DNA of 64,000 bases from Candidatus Woesearchaeota archaeon (lineage in GTDB: Archaea > Nanobdellota > Nanobdellia > Woesearchaeales > JAZDKJ01), in assembly GCA_043803105.1 (NCBI GenBank), contig JAZDKJ010000006.1:208673-272672 (forward strand), given 5' to 3'. How positions within the stretch are numbered: the first letter of the stretch is position 1; the number at the start of each line of letters is the position of its first letter. The notes beneath the pieces were generated by a model. That model ran no database searches, was not told the origin of the DNA, and saw nothing but the letters and a program-made list of their open reading frames with translations. Below are positions 19,372-27,838 of this stretch, piece after piece. Position numbers and translations under genes: made by a program.

Positions 19372-20624
19372 GCATTCTCATCAAGAATGCCATAGTTTTT
19401 GGAAAGGTCATGGACATTTTGATAGAAGATAACCTTATCTCAAGGATAGCTCCAAAGTTGAGTGACAACGCAGAGTACACGATTGATGCCTCTCACAAGG
19501 CTGTGATTCCAGGGCTCTTCAACTCCCATACCCATGCTGCTATGACACTTCTGAGGGGATACGCAGACGACATGCAGCTCCAGAGCTGGCTGCAGACAAA
19601 GATCTGGCCGCTTGAGGCCAAGCTCACTGATAAGGATGTGTATCTAGGCGCAAGGCTCGCTTGCCTTGAGATGATAAAGACCGGAACCACATTCTTTAAT
19701 GATATGTACTGGCACCTGGAAGGCACTGTACGGGCTGTCGAGGAAATGGGCATAAGGGCTGCATTGAGTTATGTGTTCATCGACCTTTTTGACGAAAAAA
19801 AAGCTGTTGAACAGATTCGTGTTGTGAAGCGTCAGTTTGAGCCAACCAAGCAACAAGATAGCAGAGTAACCTTTGCCCTTGGCCCGCACGCAATTTATAC
19901 TGTATCAAAAGACAGCCTGCAATGGGTTGCAGATTTTGCAAAGCAGCATGACGTGCTGATTCATATACATCTCGCAGAGACTAAAAAAGAGGTGGATGAT
20001 TGCCTAAAATCCAATGGCAAAAGGCCTGTCCAGTTTTTGGAAGACATCGGTTTTCTTGGACCTAATGTCATTGCTTGCCACTCAGTCTGGTTGACAGATG
20101 AAGAGATAAGGATTATGGCAAGGCACCAAGTCAAGGTTGTCCATAATCCTGTCTCGAATATGAAGCTTGCTGTTGGAGAGGTCTTTCCTTATTCAAGGTT
20201 CAAGGCTGCCGGAGTGCTCCCCTGCCTTGGCACAGATGGTTGCGCATCAAACAACAGCCTGGATATGTTTCAGGCGATGAAGTTTGCTGCTCTCCTGCAA
20301 AAATTCTGTTACAAAGACCCCACAGTCCTTCCTGCGCATGAAGCCTTTGAGATGGCCACTTCAAATCCAGCCTTGGCCTTTAGAATAAATTCAGGAAAGA
20401 TTGAAGAGGGTAAGCTAGCAGACCTTCTGCTCATCGACCTGAAAAATGTAAAGCTCACCCCGAACCACAATATGGTCTCAAATCTGGTCTATAGCGCTGA
20501 TGGTTCCTGTGTCGATACAGTAATCTGCGATGGCAAGATTCTTATGGAGCACAGGGTTGTCGAAAACGAAGAAAAGATAGTAGACGATGCAGCCAGGGCT
20601 GCACTTGACCTGGTGGCAGGGTAA
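19368..20624 (+). CDS. mtaD: amidohydrolase, MTA/SAH deaminase-like
   Basis: HTHAAMTLLRG, HLAE and DGCASNN metal-binding motifs. Overlaps the mtnP stop by 4 nt. Confidence 0.75.
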   Translation: MSILIKNAIVFGKVMDILIEDNLISRIAPKLSDNAEYTIDASHKAVIPGLFNSHTHAAMTLLRGYADDMQLQSWLQTKIWPLEAKLTDKDVYLGARLACLEMIKTGTTFFNDMYWHLEGTVRAVEEMGIRAALSYVFIDLFDEKKAVEQIRVVKRQFEPTKQQDSRVTFALGPHAIYTVSKDSLQWVADFAKQHDVLIHIHLAETKKEVDDCLKSNGKRPVQFLEDIGFLGPNVIACHSVWLTDEEIRIMARHQVKVVHNPVSNMKLAVGEVFPYSRFKAAGVLPCLGTDGCASNNSLDMFQAMKFAALLQKFCYKDPTVLPAHEAFEMATSNPALAFRINSGKIEEGKLADLLLIDLKNVKLTPNHNMVSNLVYSADGSCVDTVICDGKILMEHRVVENEEKIVDDAARAALDLVAG

Positions 20625-20625
20625 G

Positions 20626-21345
20626 ATGGAGCAAGCCCTGTATCTTGATGATTGTTATCTGTCCGAATTTGAGGCTACTGTAGTATCTGTTAAGGATGAT
20701 AAGTTTGTCGTGCTTGACAAGACAGCTTTTTACCCGACTTCAGGCGGCCAGCCTCACGATACTGGAATCCTCATCCGTGGAAGCGACGAATTCAAGGTTG
20801 TCTACGCAGGCAAGTTTGACGGTACAATAAGCCATGAGGTCTCAGTTCCTGGCCTAAAACCAAACGATAAGGTCATAGGCAGGATTGATTGGGTTAGGCG
20901 CTACAGGCTGATGCGCTATCACACCGCAGCCCACGTGGTCTCCCAGGTGATTCGCTCCGAGACCAATGCCCAGGTCACAGGCAACCAGCTTGAATTGGAC
21001 AAGGCAAGGATAGATTTTGACGTGCCTAATTTTGATAAGGAACAGCTGAAGTCCTACGAAGATAAGGCAAACGAGATTGTTGGTAAACGCCTTGAGGTAA
21101 AGAAGTATTTCCTTCCTCGCGCCATTGCCCTGGAGAATCCTGCCCTATTCAGCTTGAAGAATGTCCTTCCCCCTGATGTTCCAACCTTAAGGATTATAGA
21201 GATTGTTGGTTTTGACATAAGCGCCTGTGGTGGCTGTCACCTCAACAATACTGGAGAGATAGGTCATATAACTGTCACAAAGGTTGACAATAAGGGCAAG
21301 GACAACCGCAGAGTCTATTTTGTTCTTTCGGACAACAAAATTTAA
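20626..21345 (+). CDS. alaX: alanyl-tRNA editing protein AlaX-M
   Basis: Zn motifs HTAAHVV and CGGCHLNN plus an SGGQPHD loop. Start at the ATG immediately after the mtaD stop. Confidence 0.7.
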   Translation: MEQALYLDDCYLSEFEATVVSVKDDKFVVLDKTAFYPTSGGQPHDTGILIRGSDEFKVVYAGKFDGTISHEVSVPGLKPNDKVIGRIDWVRRYRLMRYHTAAHVVSQVIRSETNAQVTGNQLELDKARIDFDVPNFDKEQLKSYEDKANEIVGKRLEVKKYFLPRAIALENPALFSLKNVLPPDVPTLRIIEIVGFDISACGGCHLNNTGEIGHITVTKVDNKGKDNRRVYFVLSDNKI

Positions 21346-21368
21346 ATAACAGCCCGCCAAGCTTACCC

Positions 21369-22397
21369 TTGATGAAGGTTGCCATCTCAATGGAAGAGAA
21401 ACGGCAAAGGGTCAAGGACAGGGCTCTTCTGCTTGTCGATAACTTATCAAGCAGTCTCTATGAGGAGGACATCCATGCTTTGTCCATAAGGTTCTTCTCG
21501 GTGATCCATGAGTTTTTCGCTGATTTTTGCGGTCTGCGCTATCAGTTCACCTATCCAGAGCTCATTTCAGAGATTAGGAAGCGCAACTTATTTGATGATT
21601 TCCTGTCCAAAAAGGTTATTGACTTTATTGCTGTGCTCCAGGAAAAGGAGTATAGTAAGACAGAATTTAATGTCTCTGAATTGAACAGGTGCCTAAAGGG
21701 ATTCAGGCTGATCATAAAGAGTTGTTCTGTCTCGACTACTCACCATGGCATGCACCATAGATTTTATTACCTATTCCAAAGGTTTGGCTTCCTTACAGCC
21801 CACCTTGCCAAGCGTTTTGGCAAGCGCGATGTAGATGATATAGTCTGCCTCATCAACTCTGCAAGGTCAAACCTCGACGAACATAACATCGACCAGGCTC
21901 AGAAAACTTATGAGGATATCATCAAGCTCTACAACAGGTTGTCTGCTGAGGAGAGGAAAAGCGTCTTTCACGGGATTCATTCCCTCTATGCATCAATTGA
22001 GAAGGCTTATACAGAAAGCCTGCTAAAGCAAATTGACAGTCTCTTTGAGGATCTGCATCACCAGCTTGATTCTGGAGACCTCGCCAAGGCCGCTGAAACC
22101 TATTCTTCACTTCAGGCGCGATATGATGAATTGCCTCCTGCGAATAAGAAAAGGCTGTATTCAGAGATTGGACATTGTTACACAGATCTGCAGGCTCTGC
22201 GTGACAAGTCAGCACTCACAGACTTTGACAGGCTTCTCGTAAGGATAAAGGCTGGTGTTACGAGCCAAAAGGTGAGCCTTGCGATGTCTTTGTATAATGA
22301 GGCAGACAACCTATATTCGCAGCTCCCGTTCAGACTGCAGCAAAAGGTCTATACCAATTTGAAGTCCACTTTCAGTCTGCTCTCACGGTTGAGCTGA
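21369..22397 (+). CDS. hypothetical alpha-helical Tyr/Leu-repeat protein, homologous to the cytoplasmic tail of the 723-aa surface protein
   Basis: FTYPELISEIRKRNL...EYSKTEF aligns with FTYEEIAVELRKRRV...EYSNYVV of ORF 27835-30006. Three ~36-aa repeats of the form xxY...LY..L......K.Y..I...Y. Its stop abuts the convergent giant gene. Confidence 0.5.
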   Translation: MMKVAISMEEKRQRVKDRALLLVDNLSSSLYEEDIHALSIRFFSVIHEFFADFCGLRYQFTYPELISEIRKRNLFDDFLSKKVIDFIAVLQEKEYSKTEFNVSELNRCLKGFRLIIKSCSVSTTHHGMHHRFYYLFQRFGFLTAHLAKRFGKRDVDDIVCLINSARSNLDEHNIDQAQKTYEDIIKLYNRLSAEERKSVFHGIHSLYASIEKAYTESLLKQIDSLFEDLHHQLDSGDLAKAAETYSSLQARYDELPPANKKRLYSEIGHCYTDLQALRDKSALTDFDRLLVRIKAGVTSQKVSLAMSLYNEADNLYSQLPFRLQQKVYTNLKSTFSLLSRLS

Positions 22398-25300
22398 CTA
22401 AGGATTGCTGCCCCGGTTCTTGGTTATCACAAAAACTGCATAGCCTATCATCGCCAGGGTTGATGCCAGCACAATACTGAGTTGCATCACGTTCTGTTTG
22501 GCAAAACTTATCAGGGTTGCCAGCGTGCCTTGCTCCATTGGTTGTTCGATCGTTCTCATCTGGCTGGTAATTAAGTACCTGCAAGCGTCGATTGCGTTCT
22601 TCAGCAGCTGCTGCGCTTCTGTGATTAATCCCGATTCTATGTCTGCCCTTGCCTCAGCCAACAGCTCGTTCAGCTCAAGGCATTCTGGGTTCGAAGATAG
22701 AAGGTCCCTGACAAAGCGTACAGAGTCGTTCATTGATTCAAGGAACGGCAATGGGTTTATGGATATAACAGCATTGTCTCTGAAATATGGGTCTTCTGAT
22801 ATCGCGCTTAGGTTTATCTGGTAAGGCTTTTGCTTTGGCTTGCTCGTGGTAATGTTTAGTTCAGTCTCTGTCTTTTCTCCAGGTCTTAGCTGGTTGAACC
22901 TCATTTCCTTGAACGTAAGTGTGACATTGCCTTCAGATGTTTGAGCCATAAGATGTATCTGTTTTAGGGTCACGTTGCCGCTGTTTCTCAATTCAATCGG
23001 TGCGATTATCTCTGTAGGAGAATTGAATTTCAGCGGTTTTGTCAACACAAGTTCAAGCGATATCGGTCTGGTAACATTGACAAGTTCTTTTCTTGGTACG
23101 CTTATGTACTGCGTCGCCCCACCCCCGCTGGAGCTTGCCTGTGGCAGGTATTCCTCAGGTGCCTTCTTTACAGAGACCACTACTGTATTTGACCATGCCG
23201 TCCTGTTTCTGGAGTCAGTGGTCCAGAAGACGAGGCTTGCATCTCCTGTGAAACCTGCCTCCGGGTTAAGGTTGACATACTTTTGGTTGTTAATGCTCAA
23301 CCCAAGATAGTCTGCATTCTGGATGCTCGTGTAGTTGAAGGTCAGTGAGTCATTGTCAGGGTCTTTGAAATAGTCATCCAAATCAATCCAATTCTGTACA
23401 GAGTGGTCTTCCACAACGATAAAGTTTGCTATGGAATAATTCATCTGTAAGCTTTCAATTACAGGTGTAACACCAATGTTGCTTGTGCTCATGTTTATCA
23501 TGAACTGCACGAACCTTGTGTTCCAAGTTGCAGGTGATGCATTCTGTTCGAACTCGTGGCTGAAGTTGATTAAGGTATGTTCGCTGTTTGTGGAAGGCTT
23601 GCCCCACGCGCTCCAGTTTATGCCGTCTGCGCTTGTTCTGGTCCTGATTGTTATGTTTGTCCCGGCAGGCTTTGATTCCATCCAGCTAACAATCGTCAGG
23701 TTGGGCCTTGCCACTGAGGTATAAACACCTGTCTGAGAGTCAACAGCACTTGAGATATAGCTTCCCTTTGTGTAGTAGCTGGTGCTGTTCTGTCTGGACA
23801 AGGTTATGTTTTGCGCTGTGTTGTTGGTTCTGTAGTTTGTGCCTCCTGTTAAACCTATTGTCTTTCTCCCAAAATATGATGGCCTGTCCAAGTTTTTTAC
23901 AGTGACATTCCAGTAGAAGGATGCCTTGTTCCCTAGTTGGTCGCGTACCTCAACTGTGACGTTTCTTGTTCCTGAATCAAACCACCCGATGTTATAGTTC
24001 CAGCTGCTGGCTGTGCCTTGAAGAACCCCGCCAAGTATCCATTTGTAATATTTTGGGTCTCCGTCTGGCTCAATACTGCTCTGGTTGAAAAGGATTGTTC
24101 TGTTCTCTGTAATATTTATCCTTGTTCCTTGGGGGAAAAGGTTGCGGTTTGCAAAGGCAAATACTGTGTAGCTTGATATCGGCCATCCATAAGGATATAT
24201 CATCGTGATGTTTGGCGCGTAGTTTGTTCCGTTGATTCTGAAAATCACCTTTCCGCCGGTCCATAGGCTTCCGTCATTCAAGGATATGTTTACTGTGTGA
24301 TTGCCCACCATCCCGCTGGTTATCGTATAGTTGATTAATCCCATCTGCAGTGAGATGTTCGTAATATTGAACATGGTTGAGTTTGTGTAAAAGAATAGCC
24401 TGTCGCCATCCACGTCTGAGCCGTTCACGTATATCACAGCCCTGTCTCCTACTTTGTACACTTTGTTCGGTATGTTTCTCATGATTGGCGCATCATTGAC
24501 TGAGGTCACTGTCACGGTAATGTTGTTGCTGTACGTTACGTTATGTGTGTCATTGAGGCTGAAGTAGAATACCTCCACCCCATGCCAGTTGGCTGAGGGA
24601 TAGAGGGAAATCTTGCTGTCATCCTCGATATTGACATTTACGTATACATCATCATAGACCTTGTAGCTCAGGTTATCCTTCTGTGAGCCTGAGCATAGGT
24701 GAAAGTCTGGGTCATAGAAATAGTCTGTTAATGTGAAATTGTCAATCAGGTCATGGTCCTCCTCCCACGTGATATTGGGGAAGGATATGTTCAGAAAAGG
24801 CCCCCTGTTGACATTTATTACTGTGACATTCCATGTTAAAACCGTTGTAGCGTTCTGTGAGTCCGTAGCCCAAACTGTCACATTATAGCGTCCTGCCTCA
24901 CAATATCCTGGCCAATACGTCCAATTCCTCTCATACGCTTTGATGGTGTTCATCAGGTAATACTTGAATGTTACAGGCTGGCCTTCCTCATCATACACCT
25001 GTGTGATATTGAAGAGCAATGAGCTTCCTTCAAATACAGAAACATTAGTCTGGTTGGGTTTGTAGCCTAGGATTACAGGAGGATCATTGACGTTCACGAT
25101 GCGGAATACCACCAGCCTGGATACATTGTTGAATCCGTCGCTAAGCGAGATGTTCACTGTGTGGTTTCCAACATCTTTCTGTATGGGTGTAAGGCCTATG
25201 TGATAGCTTGTTGTGTTGACCTTTGTCAAGTTGAACAGCGTATTATTGCTCCACATTGTGAGATTTGCCATTTCCTCGTCATAGCCGCCTATGTATATGC

Positions 25301-27518
25301 TTGCTGTCTGGTCTTCCAGCAGGGTGTAGTTTGTCCGTAGATTTGTAAAATAAGGTAGATCATTGACAATTGTAATGTTTAATGTGAAGATTGTGAGGTT
25401 ATACCCACCATATCCATCAGTGACATTCACCCTGATTGTATGGTTTCCCGCGTCTGCCTGCTGTGGTGTGAAATTAATGAGGCCTGCCGTGCTGTTGAAT
25501 AGGGATATCGAAAAGAAGCTAGCATTTGTCTGGAATATCAATTGGTCATTGTCAGGGTCAAATCCATTCACATAAAAGGTTAGTCTCTGGTCCTCTGCTA
25601 TGGTTTTTGGTCCTATTGGATAGATTAACGGCGCCCGGTTCACGAATATGGTCAAGTGCACGACCTGTGAATCGCTTTTCTGTATTGTGGTATCATCATC
25701 ATGTACGCTGATGTTCACAAACCATTCTCCAACCAGTGATGTGTTTGTGATGTTTAGGTTTGTACTGCTGCTTGCAGGGCTTATCACGTTTGCTGCGTCA
25801 ATGTTAAAGAAAGTGCAGTTATCAGTGAAGGTTAGTATATCATCTTCATCAAGGTCTGTCGCACTAAGATTCAGCAGATACGAGCGGTTTATCCTGAGGT
25901 AGGTGTGTGGGATTGCCGCCAGGATTGGTGGGTTGTTGTAGTCTACTATGCTGAACTTTACCAGGGTGTAGTTGATTGCACCCTTTGAATCAGTGACGGT
26001 TATCCTTACAGTATGGTTTCCAACGTCTTGATTGACTGGTGTGAAGCTGATTTGCCCTGTTGCATTGCCGTCTGCATGCCTTACCGTGACTATGTTGAAG
26101 AATGTTGCATTGTCTGTGAATGTCAGGTTATCCCCGTCCTGGTCTGTTGCATTGATTGTAGTAAAGAAAGGGGTACCTTCCATTGCTGACTGGTTGTTTA
26201 TGTGTTGTATCCATGGTGCTGTGTTGTTTCTTATTGTGAACTTGACTATCTGCGAGTCCCAGAGCTCTGAGTCATTGACTGAGATGTTCACGAAATGGTC
26301 ACCTTGTTGCGAATTGCTGGGAGTAAAGTTGATTAAACCGGATAGTGCGCCAATTGTAAATAACGTGGAGTTGCTGTTAAAGTATAGGTATTCTCCACCA
26401 TCCACGTCTGTTGCGTTTGCCCAGAATTCGTACTTCAGGCCTGCAATCAAGGTTTGGTTGGGGATGAACACGAGCTCAGGCGGGTCATTGACACCAGTCA
26501 CATTAAGCTTTATCGTGTTGCCGAATGCAGCATTGTGGCTGTCATTTGCCTTGAGCGTGATGTACTCAACACCCCAGAAATTTACCTGCGGCAAGAAGCT
26601 CACCTTGGAACTCGTGGCATTGATTGTAACCATTATGTATGTATTGCCACTCACTGTGTAAATTACTGTGTCTTTGTTTGCACCGGTGCAATTTATGTCA
26701 GGGTCAACGAAATAGCTCTGCAGTGTTAGATTGTTTGTTAGATTATGGTCCTCCTGCCAGGTGATGTTGGCAAAGCTTCCATTGAGCACTGGAGGCCTGT
26801 TTGTGTTGTTTACTGTTATAGTCCAATTGTGTGTGTCTGCAGTCTCGTTGAGGTCCCTGACCACAAGCGATACATTGTGTTTTCCTGCTGAACAAAAGTC
26901 CGCATAATATGTCCAGCTTCCGTTTGACATATTGGAGATTTTTTTTGCCGTATTGTCCAGGTACCATGTTGTGTTAAGCCTGTCTCCCCATGGCATGTCC
27001 TTGTCGCTTGTGCTGTAGTTGAACCAGAATCCTACGCTGAGGTTCTCTTGTGTGCTCACATTTTTCTGCACTGGATTCCACCAGGTGATGTTTGGCTTGT
27101 CGTTCAAGTTCTTTACGTAGAAGTACAGCAATACGCCTGAGAATTCTGTTGGTTTTCCTGCGTCCAGCGCGTTCACAATTATGGTCCAGTTCAGTTGGCC
27201 TGTCAAAGGATCTCCCACGTCATTATTTGTGGGAGTGAAGTTCATCAGCGCTGCAGTATTGTTCTTGCTTACCAGGCTGAATGAGCTGAATTTTCCAGGA
27301 GGCAGGTCGTGGGTAAAGTTTATTGGGTACTCCAAGTCTGGGTCTGTTGCTATTATGAAGAACTGGAACCTCTGTCCTTGTGTCAGGTTGAACATGGTGC
27401 CGCTTGCAACATTCTGGAATATCGGGTTTGCTGCATAGACTCCTGTTACGGTTAGGATGAGTGCAACTGCGATCAACACTGTTGACCTTCTCATGTCATC
27501 CTCACTTTTATTGTGCAA
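22398..27518 (-). CDS. giant (1706-aa) cadherin-like-repeat surface protein with signal peptide and C-terminal membrane anchor
   Basis: N-terminal signal peptide. Many roughly 100-aa repeats each ending in a V(N/T)D-x-PP-like motif (VNDPPELVF, VNDAPIMRN, NTNRPPVLNG, VNRAPLIYP). Very dense N-x-S/T sequons. C-terminal TM segment. Confidence 0.75.
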   Translation of the reverse strand: MHNKSEDDMRRSTVLIAVALILTVTGVYAANPIFQNVASGTMFNLTQGQRFQFFIIATDPDLEYPINFTHDLPPGKFSSFSLVSKNNTAALMNFTPTNNDVGDPLTGQLNWTIIVNALDAGKPTEFSGVLLYFYVKNLNDKPNITWWNPVQKNVSTQENLSVGFWFNYSTSDKDMPWGDRLNTTWYLDNTAKKISNMSNGSWTYYADFCSAGKHNVSLVVRDLNETADTHNWTITVNNTNRPPVLNGSFANITWQEDHNLTNNLTLQSYFVDPDINCTGANKDTVIYTVSGNTYIMVTINATSSKVSFLPQVNFWGVEYITLKANDSHNAAFGNTIKLNVTGVNDPPELVFIPNQTLIAGLKYEFWANATDVDGGEYLYFNSNSTLFTIGALSGLINFTPSNSQQGDHFVNISVNDSELWDSQIVKFTIRNNTAPWIQHINNQSAMEGTPFFTTINATDQDGDNLTFTDNATFFNIVTVRHADGNATGQISFTPVNQDVGNHTVRITVTDSKGAINYTLVKFSIVDYNNPPILAAIPHTYLRINRSYLLNLSATDLDEDDILTFTDNCTFFNIDAANVISPASSSTNLNITNTSLVGEWFVNISVHDDDTTIQKSDSQVVHLTIFVNRAPLIYPIGPKTIAEDQRLTFYVNGFDPDNDQLIFQTNASFFSISLFNSTAGLINFTPQQADAGNHTIRVNVTDGYGGYNLTIFTLNITIVNDLPYFTNLRTNYTLLEDQTASIYIGGYDEEMANLTMWSNNTLFNLTKVNTTSYHIGLTPIQKDVGNHTVNISLSDGFNNVSRLVVFRIVNVNDPPVILGYKPNQTNVSVFEGSSLLFNITQVYDEEGQPVTFKYYLMNTIKAYERNWTYWPGYCEAGRYNVTVWATDSQNATTVLTWNVTVINVNRGPFLNISFPNITWEEDHDLIDNFTLTDYFYDPDFHLCSGSQKDNLSYKVYDDVYVNVNIEDDSKISLYPSANWHGVEVFYFSLNDTHNVTYSNNITVTVTSVNDAPIMRNIPNKVYKVGDRAVIYVNGSDVDGDRLFFYTNSTMFNITNISLQMGLINYTITSGMVGNHTVNISLNDGSLWTGGKVIFRINGTNYAPNITMIYPYGWPISSYTVFAFANRNLFPQGTRINITENRTILFNQSSIEPDGDPKYYKWILGGVLQGTASSWNYNIGWFDSGTRNVTVEVRDQLGNKASFYWNVTVKNLDRPSYFGRKTIGLTGGTNYRTNNTAQNITLSRQNSTSYYTKGSYISSAVDSQTGVYTSVARPNLTIVSWMESKPAGTNITIRTRTSADGINWSAWGKPSTNSEHTLINFSHEFEQNASPATWNTRFVQFMINMSTSNIGVTPVIESLQMNYSIANFIVVEDHSVQNWIDLDDYFKDPDNDSLTFNYTSIQNADYLGLSINNQKYVNLNPEAGFTGDASLVFWTTDSRNRTAWSNTVVVSVKKAPEEYLPQASSSGGGATQYISVPRKELVNVTRPISLELVLTKPLKFNSPTEIIAPIELRNSGNVTLKQIHLMAQTSEGNVTLTFKEMRFNQLRPGEKTETELNITTSKPKQKPYQINLSAISEDPYFRDNAVISINPLPFLESMNDSVRFVRDLLSSNPECLELNELLAEARADIESGLITEAQQLLKNAIDACRYLITSQMRTIEQPMEQGTLATLISFAKQNVMQLSIVLASTLAMIGYAVFVITKNRGSNP

Positions 27519-27838
27519 TTGTTTTGCTTATTGTCCACAGTATATTGCACCTCAACAGTGTTCTGCCCAACTTGTACATCTTGCCATGTGCATCTTATTC
27601 CTTCTTGTATTGCTGAGCAAATGTTTGTGTCTGCTTTGGTTGGATAGCCTTCAATCGTTGCCACTATGTTCTGCCCTTTGCTTAAAATGATTTCATCATT
27701 GCACCTGATGTGGTGGATTTCTTCTTGCGACATTACCAAGTAGCTGGTTAATGACTGAGTGTCGAGCATCAGGCTTATAGCTGCTAATATGGTGGTTATT
27801 AGCACCAGGAGCCCCATTTGCTGTTTCCACTGCCTCAT
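27491..27838 (-). CDS. small secreted or membrane-anchored Cys-containing protein
   Basis: Signal-anchor GLLVLITTILAAI, four Cys, and a position between the two large surface genes with short overlaps on both sides. Confidence 0.4.
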   Translation of the reverse strand: MRQWKQQMGLLVLITTILAAISLMLDTQSLTSYLVMSQEEIHHIRCNDEIILSKGQNIVATIEGYPTKADTNICSAIQEGIRCTWQDVQVGQNTVEVQYTVDNKQNNCTIKVRMT